The position numbers were made by a program, and so were the translations under genes. From positions 39,791 through 103,790 of the forward strand of contig CAVOVO010000028.1 in assembly GCA_963699845.1 (NCBI GenBank): a DNA stretch of 64,000 nucleotides. Reading direction: 5' to 3'. This document shows, piece after piece, positions 55,416 to 64,000 of this stretch; position 1 is the first letter of the stretch, and every line of letters begins with the position of its first letter. This DNA comes from an uncultured delta proteobacterium (GTDB taxonomy: Bacteria; Desulfobacterota; DSM-4660; Desulfatiglandales; Desulfatiglandaceae). Below the pieces are notes generated by a model that was not told the DNA's origin, made no database searches, and saw only the letters and a list, made by a program, of their open reading frames with translations.

Positions 55416-56408
55416 TCACTCGAACGGGAAGATGCGCTTCCAGTCGTTCTTCATACTGATGATCGTCCAATCGCTCTTCTTCGCTTCGGCCGCGAGCGCG
55501 TCGCTGAACGTGCCGATCTTCGACTTCGGGCCGTAAGCGAATTCGCGCTCGGCGTCGTCGTGGTGCACCAGCATCAGCAACCGTGCGCTGCCGCCGGCCT
55601 GTGTCCACTCCAACATCTGCCGGTCGCCGTCCGAGTTGCCGAACGCGGCGACCGGGTGACGGCCGATGTGCTGATTGATGCCGACCGGTTTACCGGCTTT
55701 GTCGTCAATGAAGTTGATTTCCGGCAGGCGCACGAGCACGGACGCGCCGTCGCGCAACTCGAATTTCGTCCTGATACTGCTGCCGATGACCTGTTCGGGT
55801 GGAACGCCATAGACCCTTTCGGTCCATTGGCGCATGAACTCGATGCCTCCGCCGGAGACGATGTAGGTCTTAAAGCCATTGGCGCGCAGATAGGCAAGCA
55901 GTTCAAGCATCGGTTGATAAACCATATCCATTTATAGACGGCCGGTCTTGGGGTGCCTGGCGGTGGCCAGCCAGTCCAGCACTATTTGCGAGAACGCTTC
56001 GGTTGTCATGCCGGCGTGGGTGGCCATGACAAGTTCGAGCAGCCCGTGCTCGCCGCCCGCCATGACCGTCTTGAGATCACCTTCGAGCACGGCCTTAAAA
56101 GGCTGCTTGGTTTTCCAATCGGGATGCTGCGGTGCAAGCGCCTTCACGCGGTCGAGTGCGAACGCGAGCTGGACATATATGGGGTGTGAAGCCCACAGCG
56201 TGCCATCGTTGTCGAAGACCGCGATGGGCTGCAGCGGCGGCACGAACTTCACGCTGGACGTGTCGGTGGCAGTTTGCACAAATGCGATGATCGCCGACTT
56301 GGCAGCCCCGTCGTTCCAGGACGGAAGCGCATCGGTACCGGCCGCGGCCGTTGAGGCCGCCACCATCACGGCAAATAGGAAACTGACAACGCGTTTCACA
56401 TTTCGCAC
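55416..56408 (-). pseudogene. secreted HAD-superfamily phosphatase interrupted by an in-frame TAA (55932-55934)
   Basis: ORFs 55932..56480 and 55416..55931 are in the same frame. The first has a signal peptide and HAD motif I VFDNDGTLW. The second has IVSGGG and FGNSDGD. GTG 56408 follows AAAGGGGA. Confidence 0.75.
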
Positions 56409-56500
56409 CGAGTCCCCTTTCTTGTTGTCCTGTGGGTTGAAGTGGGCACCCCTTTTGCGGAGTACCCACTTCTTTCTCACATCATACTGCCTTCACTTAG

Positions 56501-58217
56501 TTACTCGCCCGCGTGGCTAATATGTTTCGCGGACTTCATCGCCTCGATCACCTGATCCAGGTTGTAGCTCGCTGGCATCTGCAGCGATGGGAATTCCCGA
56601 TACGTCTCGAGTTCCTTCAGCCACAGCAACTGCCCAATCGGCAGCAGGTTCCAGTCATAGATATACGCCGTGCTCGGAGCGGCCAGTGCACCACCGTAGC
56701 CGAGGAGGGTTTTCTGATCCTCTGCGACCGCTTGCTCAAACGGGTCTCGCTTGATGTTGTTGACCTGGGTCCAATGATAGGTAACCGTGCCCGTTAGCCC
56801 ACCTGTCGCGGAAGAAGGCGCCATCGTGTAGTAGAACTTCCAGTTCTTGTACCGTACCGCCGATGGGTGTTGGCCGGTGTAGTAGAAAAAGGTGTCGCGT
56901 GCCGAATCTGCCTTGCCTTCGAGGTAGTCCCGCTGATCGACGCCATCGAGTGTCGTCTTGAGGATGCCGGGGTACTTGCCGGCCTCAATCTGCTTCTTCA
57001 GGCCATCACCCGAAGGCCCGCCGGCGATATTGACGAGGGTGGGCAGCCAGTCCAGTGCCGAGAATATCTGGTCCGGATTCGTGCCAGCCTTGACGTGCCC
57101 CGGCCAGCGAACGAGCAACGGAGCCCGCATACCGCCTTCCCATGTGGTGAGCTTGCCGCCCCTGAAGGGTGTGACGCCACCGTCCGGGTAGGTGATTGCC
57201 TCGGCGCCGTTATCGGTGGTGAAGACGACGATGGTGTTGTCGAGCTCGCCCATATCCTCGAGCTTTTTCAGCACGTAGCCGATGTTGTCATCCATCTGCT
57301 TCATGCCGGCTTCGTTGATACCCCAGTCCTTACCGCCCTTTTCGCCCAGCATGTCCAGATACTTGTCCGAGAGCATGGTGGTGATGTGCATGCGCGCCGG
57401 GTTATACCAGACGAAGAATGGCTTGCCGGTTTTCTCGGGGTCGTTGCGGTCGAGGTAGTCGATGACCTTGGCGGAGATTTCCTCGTCCACGGTCTTCGAA
57501 CGTTCCAGCGTCAGCGGCCCTTCGTCCTTGCAGCTCTGGTTCTCCTCAGTGCCATCCGAGGACGTACAATGAATAACCGGCCTCGGTGGCGTCATGCAGA
57601 GCCCGTCTCGCGGATCGATGGCACCGGGGACCTCTTCGAGACCCTTAACCGCGGTATTCTTACATGGCGGAACAACGCCCTGCTCGGTCGGCGACTTATT
57701 GATGTCGGGGAAACTCACCCCCTGCATTGCGTCGAGGTGATACAGGTAGCCCCAGAACTCCTGGAAACCGTGCGCCGTTGGCAGCGAGGCTGCTTTATCG
57801 CCCAGGTGATTCTTGCCGAACTCGCCGGTGTTGTAGCCGAGATCCAGCAGGAATTTTGCCAGCGCGGGCGTGCCCGGCAACAGGGAACTTGTGGCACCCG
57901 GAAGCTGGGGCATGACCATGCCCGCCCGCAAGGGATGCATGCCGGTGAAGAACGCGGTGCGCCCGGCCGTGCAGCTCTGCTCGGCATAATAGGTCATAAA
58001 CCTCGCGCCTTCATTCGCGAGGCGATCGATGTTGGGCGTCTCCCCAACCATGAGTCCCTGATGGTAAGCACCCACGTTCATGATGCCGATGTCATCGCCC
58101 ATAATGAACAGGATGTTGGGTTTTGTCGGCGGCGATTGCCGGATTGACCGATAGAGTCAGCGCCACAGCAAGCGCCACAACCCAAAAGGTAACGGTTTTT
58201 CTTTCTGATGCTTTCAT
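56501..58217 (-). pseudogene. arylsulfatase (formylglycine-type), with the signal peptide separated from the mature domain by a 1-nt shift in an A-run (plus-strand TTTT, 58121-58124)
   Basis: ORF 56501..58102 starts MGDDIGIMN.. and has the active-site context YAEQSCTAGRTAFFTG. Upstream in another frame: MKASERKTVTFWVVALAVALTLSVNPAIAADK. Removing one A gives AADKPNILFIMGDDIG, the usual sulfatase N-terminus. Confidence 0.8.
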
Positions 58218-58391
58218 TTTTTAGTTCCTTTCTCTTTCCGATATGGGATCATTAGATAAACACCCCAGTTGACTCCCCACGCCAACAGAGTGCGCTGGAG
58301 GCAATCATGAAATGAATTTTTTGGCCTCCGTGCGTGACTACGAGTTGTTGAAATCGACGGGCCCCAGATCCCGAGCCCTATATTTTGGGGT

Positions 58392-58694
58392 TCAAGGCTC
58401 CAATTCCGACGAGTGGGAAACCGTGTGAATCATAATTTCCGGCGGTCGGCTTAAAAGACTCCCGGCTCCGATCAATACCGTGAATCTGACCGAGCGCAGA
58501 TGGTCATCCAAAGTTTTCCGGTTTTCCCACGCTTCAACCAAAAAAAAATCATTTTCATTCTCGGCATTCCGGTAGAAATTTGAATCTACACACCCATTTT
58601 CCTTTCTAATTTGGGCAACGATCGATTGAAAGGTCTGTAAAAGCTCTTTGTGTTTTTCAGGACGCACGTTCATTTTGATAAAGGCCAGGATCAT
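58392..58694 (-). CDS. antibiotic-biosynthesis-monooxygenase (ABM/Dabb fold) domain protein
   Basis: 100 aa. ..NGCVDSNFYRNAENENDFFLVEAWENRKTLDDHLRS is typical of the ABM family. Confidence 0.65.
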   Translation of the reverse strand: MILAFIKMNVRPEKHKELLQTFQSIVAQIRKENGCVDSNFYRNAENENDFFLVEAWENRKTLDDHLRSVRFTVLIGAGSLLSRPPEIMIHTVSHSSELEP

Positions 58695-59074
58695 GTGGAT
58701 TCCCTAAAGCTTGATACATGTCCTTCGTCGTGTAGTGCGCGTCATATGCTGTCGCGTACTGTTGGCCTACTTCTTTAAGTATAGTGTTTTTTTATCATGT
58801 CCAATCCTCCGTTCTCACAGCGAATGTGCGATCGCTATCGCTTGGGTGCAAGTACCCTTCCTACAAAAACATTGGCGCTTTAATACGTTATTTGTATTTG
58901 TTAGATAATCAAAATACATGCCAGAGCTTTAACTCTTGGTTTTTTATTCCGCATCATTCTGATTTATATACAGAAAAAGATTTAAAAGTAATGACAAGTA
59001 AGGACAAATGGGCGCAAAAGAAGGGTCATATTTGACCAACGCTTAAATGAATCTTTTGTTTATTCTAGATATGA

Positions 59075-59118
59075 ATACCACCAGTGAACTGGTGGTATCT
59101 GTAGCCCCCTAAAGGGGG
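59075..59118. repeat. two adjacent perfect hairpins in non-coding DNA
   Basis: ATACCACCAGT-GA-ACTGGTGGTAT (59075-59098) and CCCCC-TAAA-GGGGG (59105-59118). The second resembles GCCCCCTTTGGGGGC in the first IS element. Confidence 0.6.
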
Positions 59119-59379
59119 ATCTGGAACGGAAATACGAAATGTACGATCCCGAACCATTCGAATGTCTTAGATCAAAACTCATCGGTATGGGGACAGACGT
59201 GCGGTTCACAAAACCGTCGCAATGGGCCACCGCGTTTCCGGCGTGTAACGCGATGCATAGGTGTCAATAGAACGGGCATCGCCTGTCCTTCTATTTCCCG
59301 AACCCGATTGGATTGGAGCTTTCTCATTAAAAGACTTCTCTGTTTCTCGGCACTAATCACTGGCATAGCCATTGTTCAT

Positions 59380-59399
59380 ACCACTGGCATGCCAGTGGT
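59380..59399. repeat. perfect 20-bp palindrome
   Basis: ACCACTGGCATGCCAGTGGT. A partial copy, CACTGGCAT, sits at 59359-59367. Confidence 0.6.
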
Positions 59400-59535
59400 T
59401 TATTCCTTCGAATTAGATGGAATGAACTCGATTCATACCACTTAACACTCGAAACGGGACGTCTGTCAAGAGGAATCGGCTGGCCGGGGGTAAAACGAAC
59501 CGGGAAAGGGTCGTCCTTCCCACCCTCAATAGTGA

Positions 59536-60170
59536 GTCACCTCCGGCAAAGCCGGAGGCTTTTAAAACCATGGACCGCTCAAAGCGGTCGTTTAAAAGAT
59601 TATCTGACCACCTGAAGGTGGTCACCCGATACTAGAAAATGGTCAACTGATCCAGGCGCTTGTCCGCCAATTCCTGACGCTGGATGTATGCTTTTACCGT
59701 CTCTTCATCAGCGCCAACGGTTGAGACAAAGTAGCCACGCGCCCAAAAGTGCATTCCGCTGTAATTCTTGCGTTGCCCTAAATAAGTACGAGCTATGTGG
59801 ATGGCACTTTTGCCTTTGATAAACCCGATCACCTGCGAAACAGAGTATTTCGGTGGTATCGAGATCAGAATATGCACATGGTCAGGCTGAAGGTGCCCTT
59901 CCAATATCTTGCACTCCTTCTGCCTGGCTAGATCATGCATCAACTCACCCAGATGCTTGCGTGTGTGGCCGTACAAAACCTTTCGGCGACATTTCGGTAT
60001 CCATACGACGTGATACTTGCATTCCCATGTGGTGTGGCTTAAACTTTGTGTGCTTTTCATGAAGCCTCCTTCCTCGTGACTTTGACCGGTCCACGTTGAA
60101 GCAGGCTTCTTCCATTTTCCCGTAACTGTCAAACTCTGGGAGTCCCCCGGCAGAGCCGGGGGTTTACCTA
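59536..60170 (-). mobile_element. second, different IS200/IS605-family element (tnpA only); ends approximate
   Basis: Matching subterminal hairpins CCTCCGGCAAAGCCGGAGG (59540-59558) and CCCCCGGCAGAGCCGGGGG (60144-60162) bracket tnpA. Additional hairpins GACCGCTCAAAGCGGTC (59573-59589) and TGACCACCTGAAGGTGGTCA (59605-59624). Confidence 0.6.
59632..60060 (-). CDS. tnpA: IS200/IS605-family Y1 (HUH) transposase TnpA
   Basis: SHTTWECKYHVVWIPKCRR, HUH motif PDHVHILISIPPK, HFWARGYFVSTVG. ATG 60060 after GGAAGGAGG. Confidence 0.9.
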   Translation of the reverse strand: MKSTQSLSHTTWECKYHVVWIPKCRRKVLYGHTRKHLGELMHDLARQKECKILEGHLQPDHVHILISIPPKYSVSQVIGFIKGKSAIHIARTYLGQRKNYSGMHFWARGYFVSTVGADEETVKAYIQRQELADKRLDQLTIF

Positions 60171-60235
60171 AAGGAAATTACAGATTTCTTGATAGCGGAA
60201 CCAGCGCCTGACCGTCGATTTCCCATGTGATTTCC

Positions 60236-60440
60236 ATGGCAAAGACCCGGATGGTAGGCTTGATCCTCTTTGAACCTTTTGCACGAGGAGGAAGCGCCAT
60301 ACAAGTCTTTGAAGCCGTAAAGATCTGGCTGGAGTACCACAAGACCAATTCAAAAGAGAAAACCCTCAGGACTTACAGAACAATCCTTTTGAAGTTCTCC
60401 GAGGAATTCGGGGAGAGAAACCTTGAGGCCCTCATTTCCT
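60236..60440 (+). pseudogene. possible N-terminal (SAM-like domain) fragment of a tyrosine recombinase/integrase
   Basis: VFEAVKIWLEYHKTNSKEKTLRTYRTILLKFSEEFGERNLEAL resembles integrase N-terminal domains. No catalytic domain follows, and the frame then runs antisense through the EF-hand gene. Confidence 0.3.
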
Positions 60441-60453
60441 TCTGGGCATGCAA

Positions 60454-60729
60454 TTATCGCCTGCCGCCGCCGAAAGCTCTTCCAAACTCGTCGTGGTCTA
60501 GAAAACCGTCTCCATTTCCATCCGCTGATTCGAATGAAACCGATTTGCTTCCTTTACTCAAATCAGAATCGCTATATTCTTCCTTGGATATTTTCCCATC
60601 CGAGTCCCCATCATACTTTTCAAAGAGGTTCTCATCTTTGCCCGAACTAACCCCGCCGCCCGAAGATGCGCATCCGGAAACAAATGCCAAAGCCAAACAA
60701 ACGCAGAAAATAATCCATACCTTTTTCAT
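60454..60729 (-). CDS. small lipoprotein with two EF-hand calcium-binding loops
   Basis: Lipobox LAFVSGC. Canonical loops DGDSDGKISKEE and DGNGDGFLDHDE. Confidence 0.7.
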   Translation of the reverse strand: MKKVWIIFCVCLALAFVSGCASSGGGVSSGKDENLFEKYDGDSDGKISKEEYSDSDLSKGSKSVSFESADGNGDGFLDHDEFGRAFGGGRR

Positions 60730-61480
60730 GATTTACCTCATTTTTCATAATTGAGATCAATTTGTACTATATACCTGCCGATCTCTTTGGGCAACCCATC
60801 ATCCAATCCCTTGCTTCCCTTGCGGTTCTTGCCTTTTCGACGCCCTCCTTCACTACCTTCTCCACCTCGACCACCTGGCCTGAAGAAAAACTAAGAAAGT
60901 CTTATTTGAAATCTGGTGAACGTAAATGGGGTGAATCATGTATTTTGGAAGTACGTACAGTAGAATCTAGGACCAACTATTTGTTAGGGTGCCTGGGCCA
61001 GGCCCGACCATCTCTCGGTTACCGACCCAAAGGGTTTTGGGTTCTTATTCGAGATCCGGGTGTCCTTCTGGAAAGGCAATAACAAAAGATAGGCATAATT
61101 GCAAATATCTTGCCAGACCCTGTGGGTTCAGGTGGCGCTTTGAGATACCATCTAGCCATTTGATATCACATTGTTTTTATTTAATAAACTGGATTGAGGA
61201 ATAGTGTTTATCCCAGGTCTAAAGTGAACGAATACCGAAAACAACTTAGACTATTTTTTCATACTCATTCTCAAATTACTATAGTTGACACCTCTCGATT
61301 TTTTGGTTAGCTTTCCTGTGTCATTAGAATGAAAACGTTTTCTCAACAAATTTCATTTTTTCACTGATCCTGTAGCACTTTACCCTTCTCCAAAACAGGC
61401 ATAAGGCCTAATCGGTTGATTTTCCGTCTTCCCTCATTTAAAGGCGCATCATCCTTGAATAGAGAGCGACTCCAACGGAG

Positions 61481-63595
61481 ATGGCAAAGATGAAAGGCAA
61501 TCATGAGGCACATACTAATGAAATTGCTGCGTTGAAAGCGCGCCTTGTTCAGTTGGAGGACACCGAAGCCAGACTGAGGCTAACAGAAGAAAATTTCCGC
61601 AAGAGCGAGGGGAAATTCCGAATGATTGCGGACTATACCTTCGACTGGGAGGAATGGAGATCCCCAGATGGAAAGTACATCTATGTCTCGCCGTCCTGCG
61701 AAAGGATAAGTGGTTACACCAGGGATGAATTCATGGATGACCCTTGGTTGATGAGAAAAATTGTTCATCCAGAAGATCAAGAGGTGCTTTCCGGACATTT
61801 TGATACGGAATTTGCTCAACTTCGCGTATTGCATGAGGATTTCCGGATCGTTTCACGCGGTGGAGAGGTACGCTGGATCAGCCATTACTGCCAGCCTGTG
61901 TATGGCCCTGACGGCATTTGGTTGGGCAGACGCGCCAGCAACAGAGATATAACTGAACGAAAGGGGGCGGAGAGGGATTTGCGAAAAGCGAATCGCGCCC
62001 TAAGGGTTCTCAGTGAATGCGGTCAGCACATGGTCCGTGCAACCGATGAAAAGACTTTTCTACTCGAAGTGCCAAAGGTGATCGTGCACTCAGGAGGATA
62101 TCGGTTGGCCTGGCTGGGGTTTGCAGAACATGACGAAGAAAAGAGAGTCAAGCCTATTGCCCAGGCAGGGTTTGAAGAAGGCTATTTGGAAAAGGTGAAG
62201 ATCACCTGGGACGACTCGGCATTGGGAAGAGGTCCAACTGGGACGGCTATCCGAACAGGAAAGCCAAGTGTGTGCAATAGTATTTTAACCGAGTCCAGGT
62301 TCGCCCCTTGGCGAGGTGAAGCACAAAAGAGAGGCTACGCCTCTTCGATTGCCCTCCCGCTGTCCGCAGGAGGGAGGATTTTCGGAGCTCTCAACATATA
62401 TGCAGTCGAGCCGGACGCCTTTGACTCCCAAGAGGTTTCATTATTGAGGGAGCTTGCCGATGAATTGTCCTACGCAATTGTGGCGTTACGAACCGAAAAA
62501 GAGCGGAGGAAGGCTGAGGCACTTTTGAAAGAGAGTGAGGCCCGTTACAGGGCTGTCGTCGAGGATCAGACCGAACTCATCTGCCGCTTTCTCCCCGATG
62601 GAAAAATCACTTTCGTAAATAAAGCATTCTGTGAATATTTCAAAAAGCCGTATGATGAAGTCATAGGAAGAATATTCTTACCTTTCATCCCAGAAGAGGA
62701 TCAACAACGTGTGAAAGACCATCTCGCCTCATTGAGCCCTGAGGTTCCATTCGCCATCCGCGAACATCGCGTACTAGACCCCCGTGGGGACATCCGCTGG
62801 CAGCAGTGGACTGATCGAATGGTCCTGGACGAAGATCTCCGGCACATCGAGTTTCAATCTGTTGGACGGGATATCACGGAAAGGATACGGGCAGAGGAAG
62901 CATTGAAGAAGAGTTCGGAAAAAATAAAAATGTTTGCCTATTCTGTCTCCCACGATTTGAAAAGTCCTGTCATTGCAACCTACGGACTGGCGAAACTTCT
63001 TCACAAGAATTTCAGTGATGTTCTCCAAGAAAAAGGAAGAGACTATTGTGATCAAATTCTGAAAGCTTGCGAGCACATGGCTTGCCTTGTGGAACAAATC
63101 AATGCATATATTCAAACAACGGAAATGCCTCTCCATATCGAGACAGTGAATTTGAATCAAATCATCGAGATCGTAAGGGCAGAGTTTTCATCTAAGCTGA
63201 GCCTCGGCCAAGTAAAATGGACGGTGACGGAATATCTACCCGAAGTAAAAGGAGACAGATTGTCCTTGCTAAGAGTTGTGAGGAATCTTGTAGATAATGC
63301 TCTGAAATATGGCGGCGATAAATTGGGCGAAATAACAGTGGGTGTCAAGGAAAAAGGTGAATTTAACGTTTTATTCGTAGAAGATGACGGAGTCGGTATA
63401 AGGGAAAGAGATACTGAAAAACTTTTCGGAACTTTCAGGAGAGAAAAAACTTCCGTCGGGATCGAGGGGGTGGGTCTGGGACTAGCCATCGTAAAACAAA
63501 TCGCAGAACAACACGGTGGGGAAGCATGGGTTGAAACGAGCCGAAAAGGAGGGACTACAATTCTGGTCTCCCTTTCGAAGCATCCACAAGGCTGA
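61481..63595 (+). CDS. cytoplasmic PAS-GAF-PAS sensor histidine kinase
   Basis: PAS (YIYVSPSCERISGYTRDEF), GAF (..GRGPTGTAIRTGKP..ALPL..GALNIY), PAS (FVNKAFCEYF), H-box FAYSVSHDLKSPV, N/G boxes VRNLVDNALKYGG, EDDGVGI, GVGLGLAIVKQI. No response regulator is adjacent. Confidence 0.9.
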   Translation: MAKMKGNHEAHTNEIAALKARLVQLEDTEARLRLTEENFRKSEGKFRMIADYTFDWEEWRSPDGKYIYVSPSCERISGYTRDEFMDDPWLMRKIVHPEDQEVLSGHFDTEFAQLRVLHEDFRIVSRGGEVRWISHYCQPVYGPDGIWLGRRASNRDITERKGAERDLRKANRALRVLSECGQHMVRATDEKTFLLEVPKVIVHSGGYRLAWLGFAEHDEEKRVKPIAQAGFEEGYLEKVKITWDDSALGRGPTGTAIRTGKPSVCNSILTESRFAPWRGEAQKRGYASSIALPLSAGGRIFGALNIYAVEPDAFDSQEVSLLRELADELSYAIVALRTEKERRKAEALLKESEARYRAVVEDQTELICRFLPDGKITFVNKAFCEYFKKPYDEVIGRIFLPFIPEEDQQRVKDHLASLSPEVPFAIREHRVLDPRGDIRWQQWTDRMVLDEDLRHIEFQSVGRDITERIRAEEALKKSSEKIKMFAYSVSHDLKSPVIATYGLAKLLHKNFSDVLQEKGRDYCDQILKACEHMACLVEQINAYIQTTEMPLHIETVNLNQIIEIVRAEFSSKLSLGQVKWTVTEYLPEVKGDRLSLLRVVRNLVDNALKYGGDKLGEITVGVKEKGEFNVLFVEDDGVGIRERDTEKLFGTFRREKTSVGIEGVGLGLAIVKQIAEQHGGEAWVETSRKGGTTILVSLSKHPQG

Positions 63596-63861
63596 TGGTA
63601 TTCCTCCCAGGCTAATTCCTCTAGCAAATCATATTTTGTAAGTATAGAGGCGATTTGGTCCAAATCCTTGATGTTAACTGGCCGGATCGGCCATCATACT
63701 TTCAGAATGATCCACATCCCAAAACCTGCTGTATCTTGCCTGGACCCAAGTAGCCGCAATCAATATATGATTGCAGATTTGCAGTTGATAGACCATCCCT
63801 TTTCAGGCCGGGTAAGCGACCTTGCCCAAATCTTGAAGACTTTAGGGCATGAGAAAGGGAT

Positions 63862-64000
63862 TCAGAGACTCCCATGGGTGATCTCGAAATAGGTTTCCCA
63901 AACGTAACTAACGCCCATGTCGCCTGCGCCAGTGACCATCAGGTAAACATGATAGGTCGCCTCAGGGAGCAGGGACGAAGAGATGCCCCCGCGCTTCAAT
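63862..64000 (-). CDS. 3' end of an unidentified CDS entering from the right edge
   Basis: My translation of the minus strand gives an open frame ..LKRGGISSSLLPEATYHVYLMVTGAGDMGVSYVWETYFEITHGSL, ending at TGA 63862-63864. No function recognised. Confidence 0.25.
   Translation of the reverse strand, partial: LKRGGISSSLLPEATYHVYLMVTGAGDMGVSYVWETYFEITHGSL

Noticed and set aside
59172-59625. Minus-strand ORFs 59172..59372 and 59413..59625 as possible remnants of tnpB or another IS-associated gene.
   Set aside because: No RuvC/TnpB-like or other motifs were found. The frames are interrupted by perfect palindromes and have no RBS, so non-coding status is more likely.
63157-63663. 168-aa ORF overlapping the 3' end of the histidine kinase on the opposite strand, and the 74-aa ORF 63668..63892.
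   Set aside because: The first is antisense to the well-supported HATPase_c region. The second has no RBS or motif and overlaps the terminal minus-strand frame.

Overview
GC-rich chromosomal segment from a Gram-negative (diderm) bacterium. Mla, AsmA, BepA-like, LpoA-like and Tat/Sec genes are all present. Gene order and codon usage look deltaproteobacterial-type, but that is a low-confidence inference. About 80% of the window is conserved housekeeping DNA in familiar arrangements: msrAB plus a GAF-adenylate cyclase; purC; grpE-dnaK; tatBC; argS-alr; queA-tgt-yajC-secDF; mutT; the M48-rsfS-nadD-proA-proB-obg-rpmA-rplU chain; gap-pgk-tpiA; a large AsmA-family gene; an Mla-like lipid-transport cluster; pgi. 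No rRNA, tRNA or CRISPR array was seen. Positions ~52.2-61.4 kb form an accessory, partly AT-rich patch. It holds two different IS200/IS605-type tnpA elements, one of which cleanly splits an outer-membrane beta-barrel gene. It also holds a 153-bp MITE-like element with an 8-bp target duplication, a vapC remnant, an integrase N-terminal remnant, and a sulfatase-HAD phosphatase-OMP operon in which every gene is disrupted. A recurring feature is single-base frame disruption: at least ten events in six conserved genes, including tpiA and queA. The most economical explanation is assembly or sequencing indels, so 'pseudogene' calls here are provisional. I found no convincing new defence, secretion or toxin system. 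The best candidates for something undescribed are: (1) an uncharacterised 331-aa protein heading an Mla cluster that lacks the MlaF ATPase; (2) four near-identical 216-bp (72-aa) tandem modules inside the AsmA-family gene; (3) a 4x DUF898 membrane module fused to TPR repeats and an unknown C-terminal domain; (4) a Cys-rich GAF-cyclase 18 bp downstream of msrAB; (5) an ~830-bp hairpin-rich non-coding stretch next to the second IS200 element.
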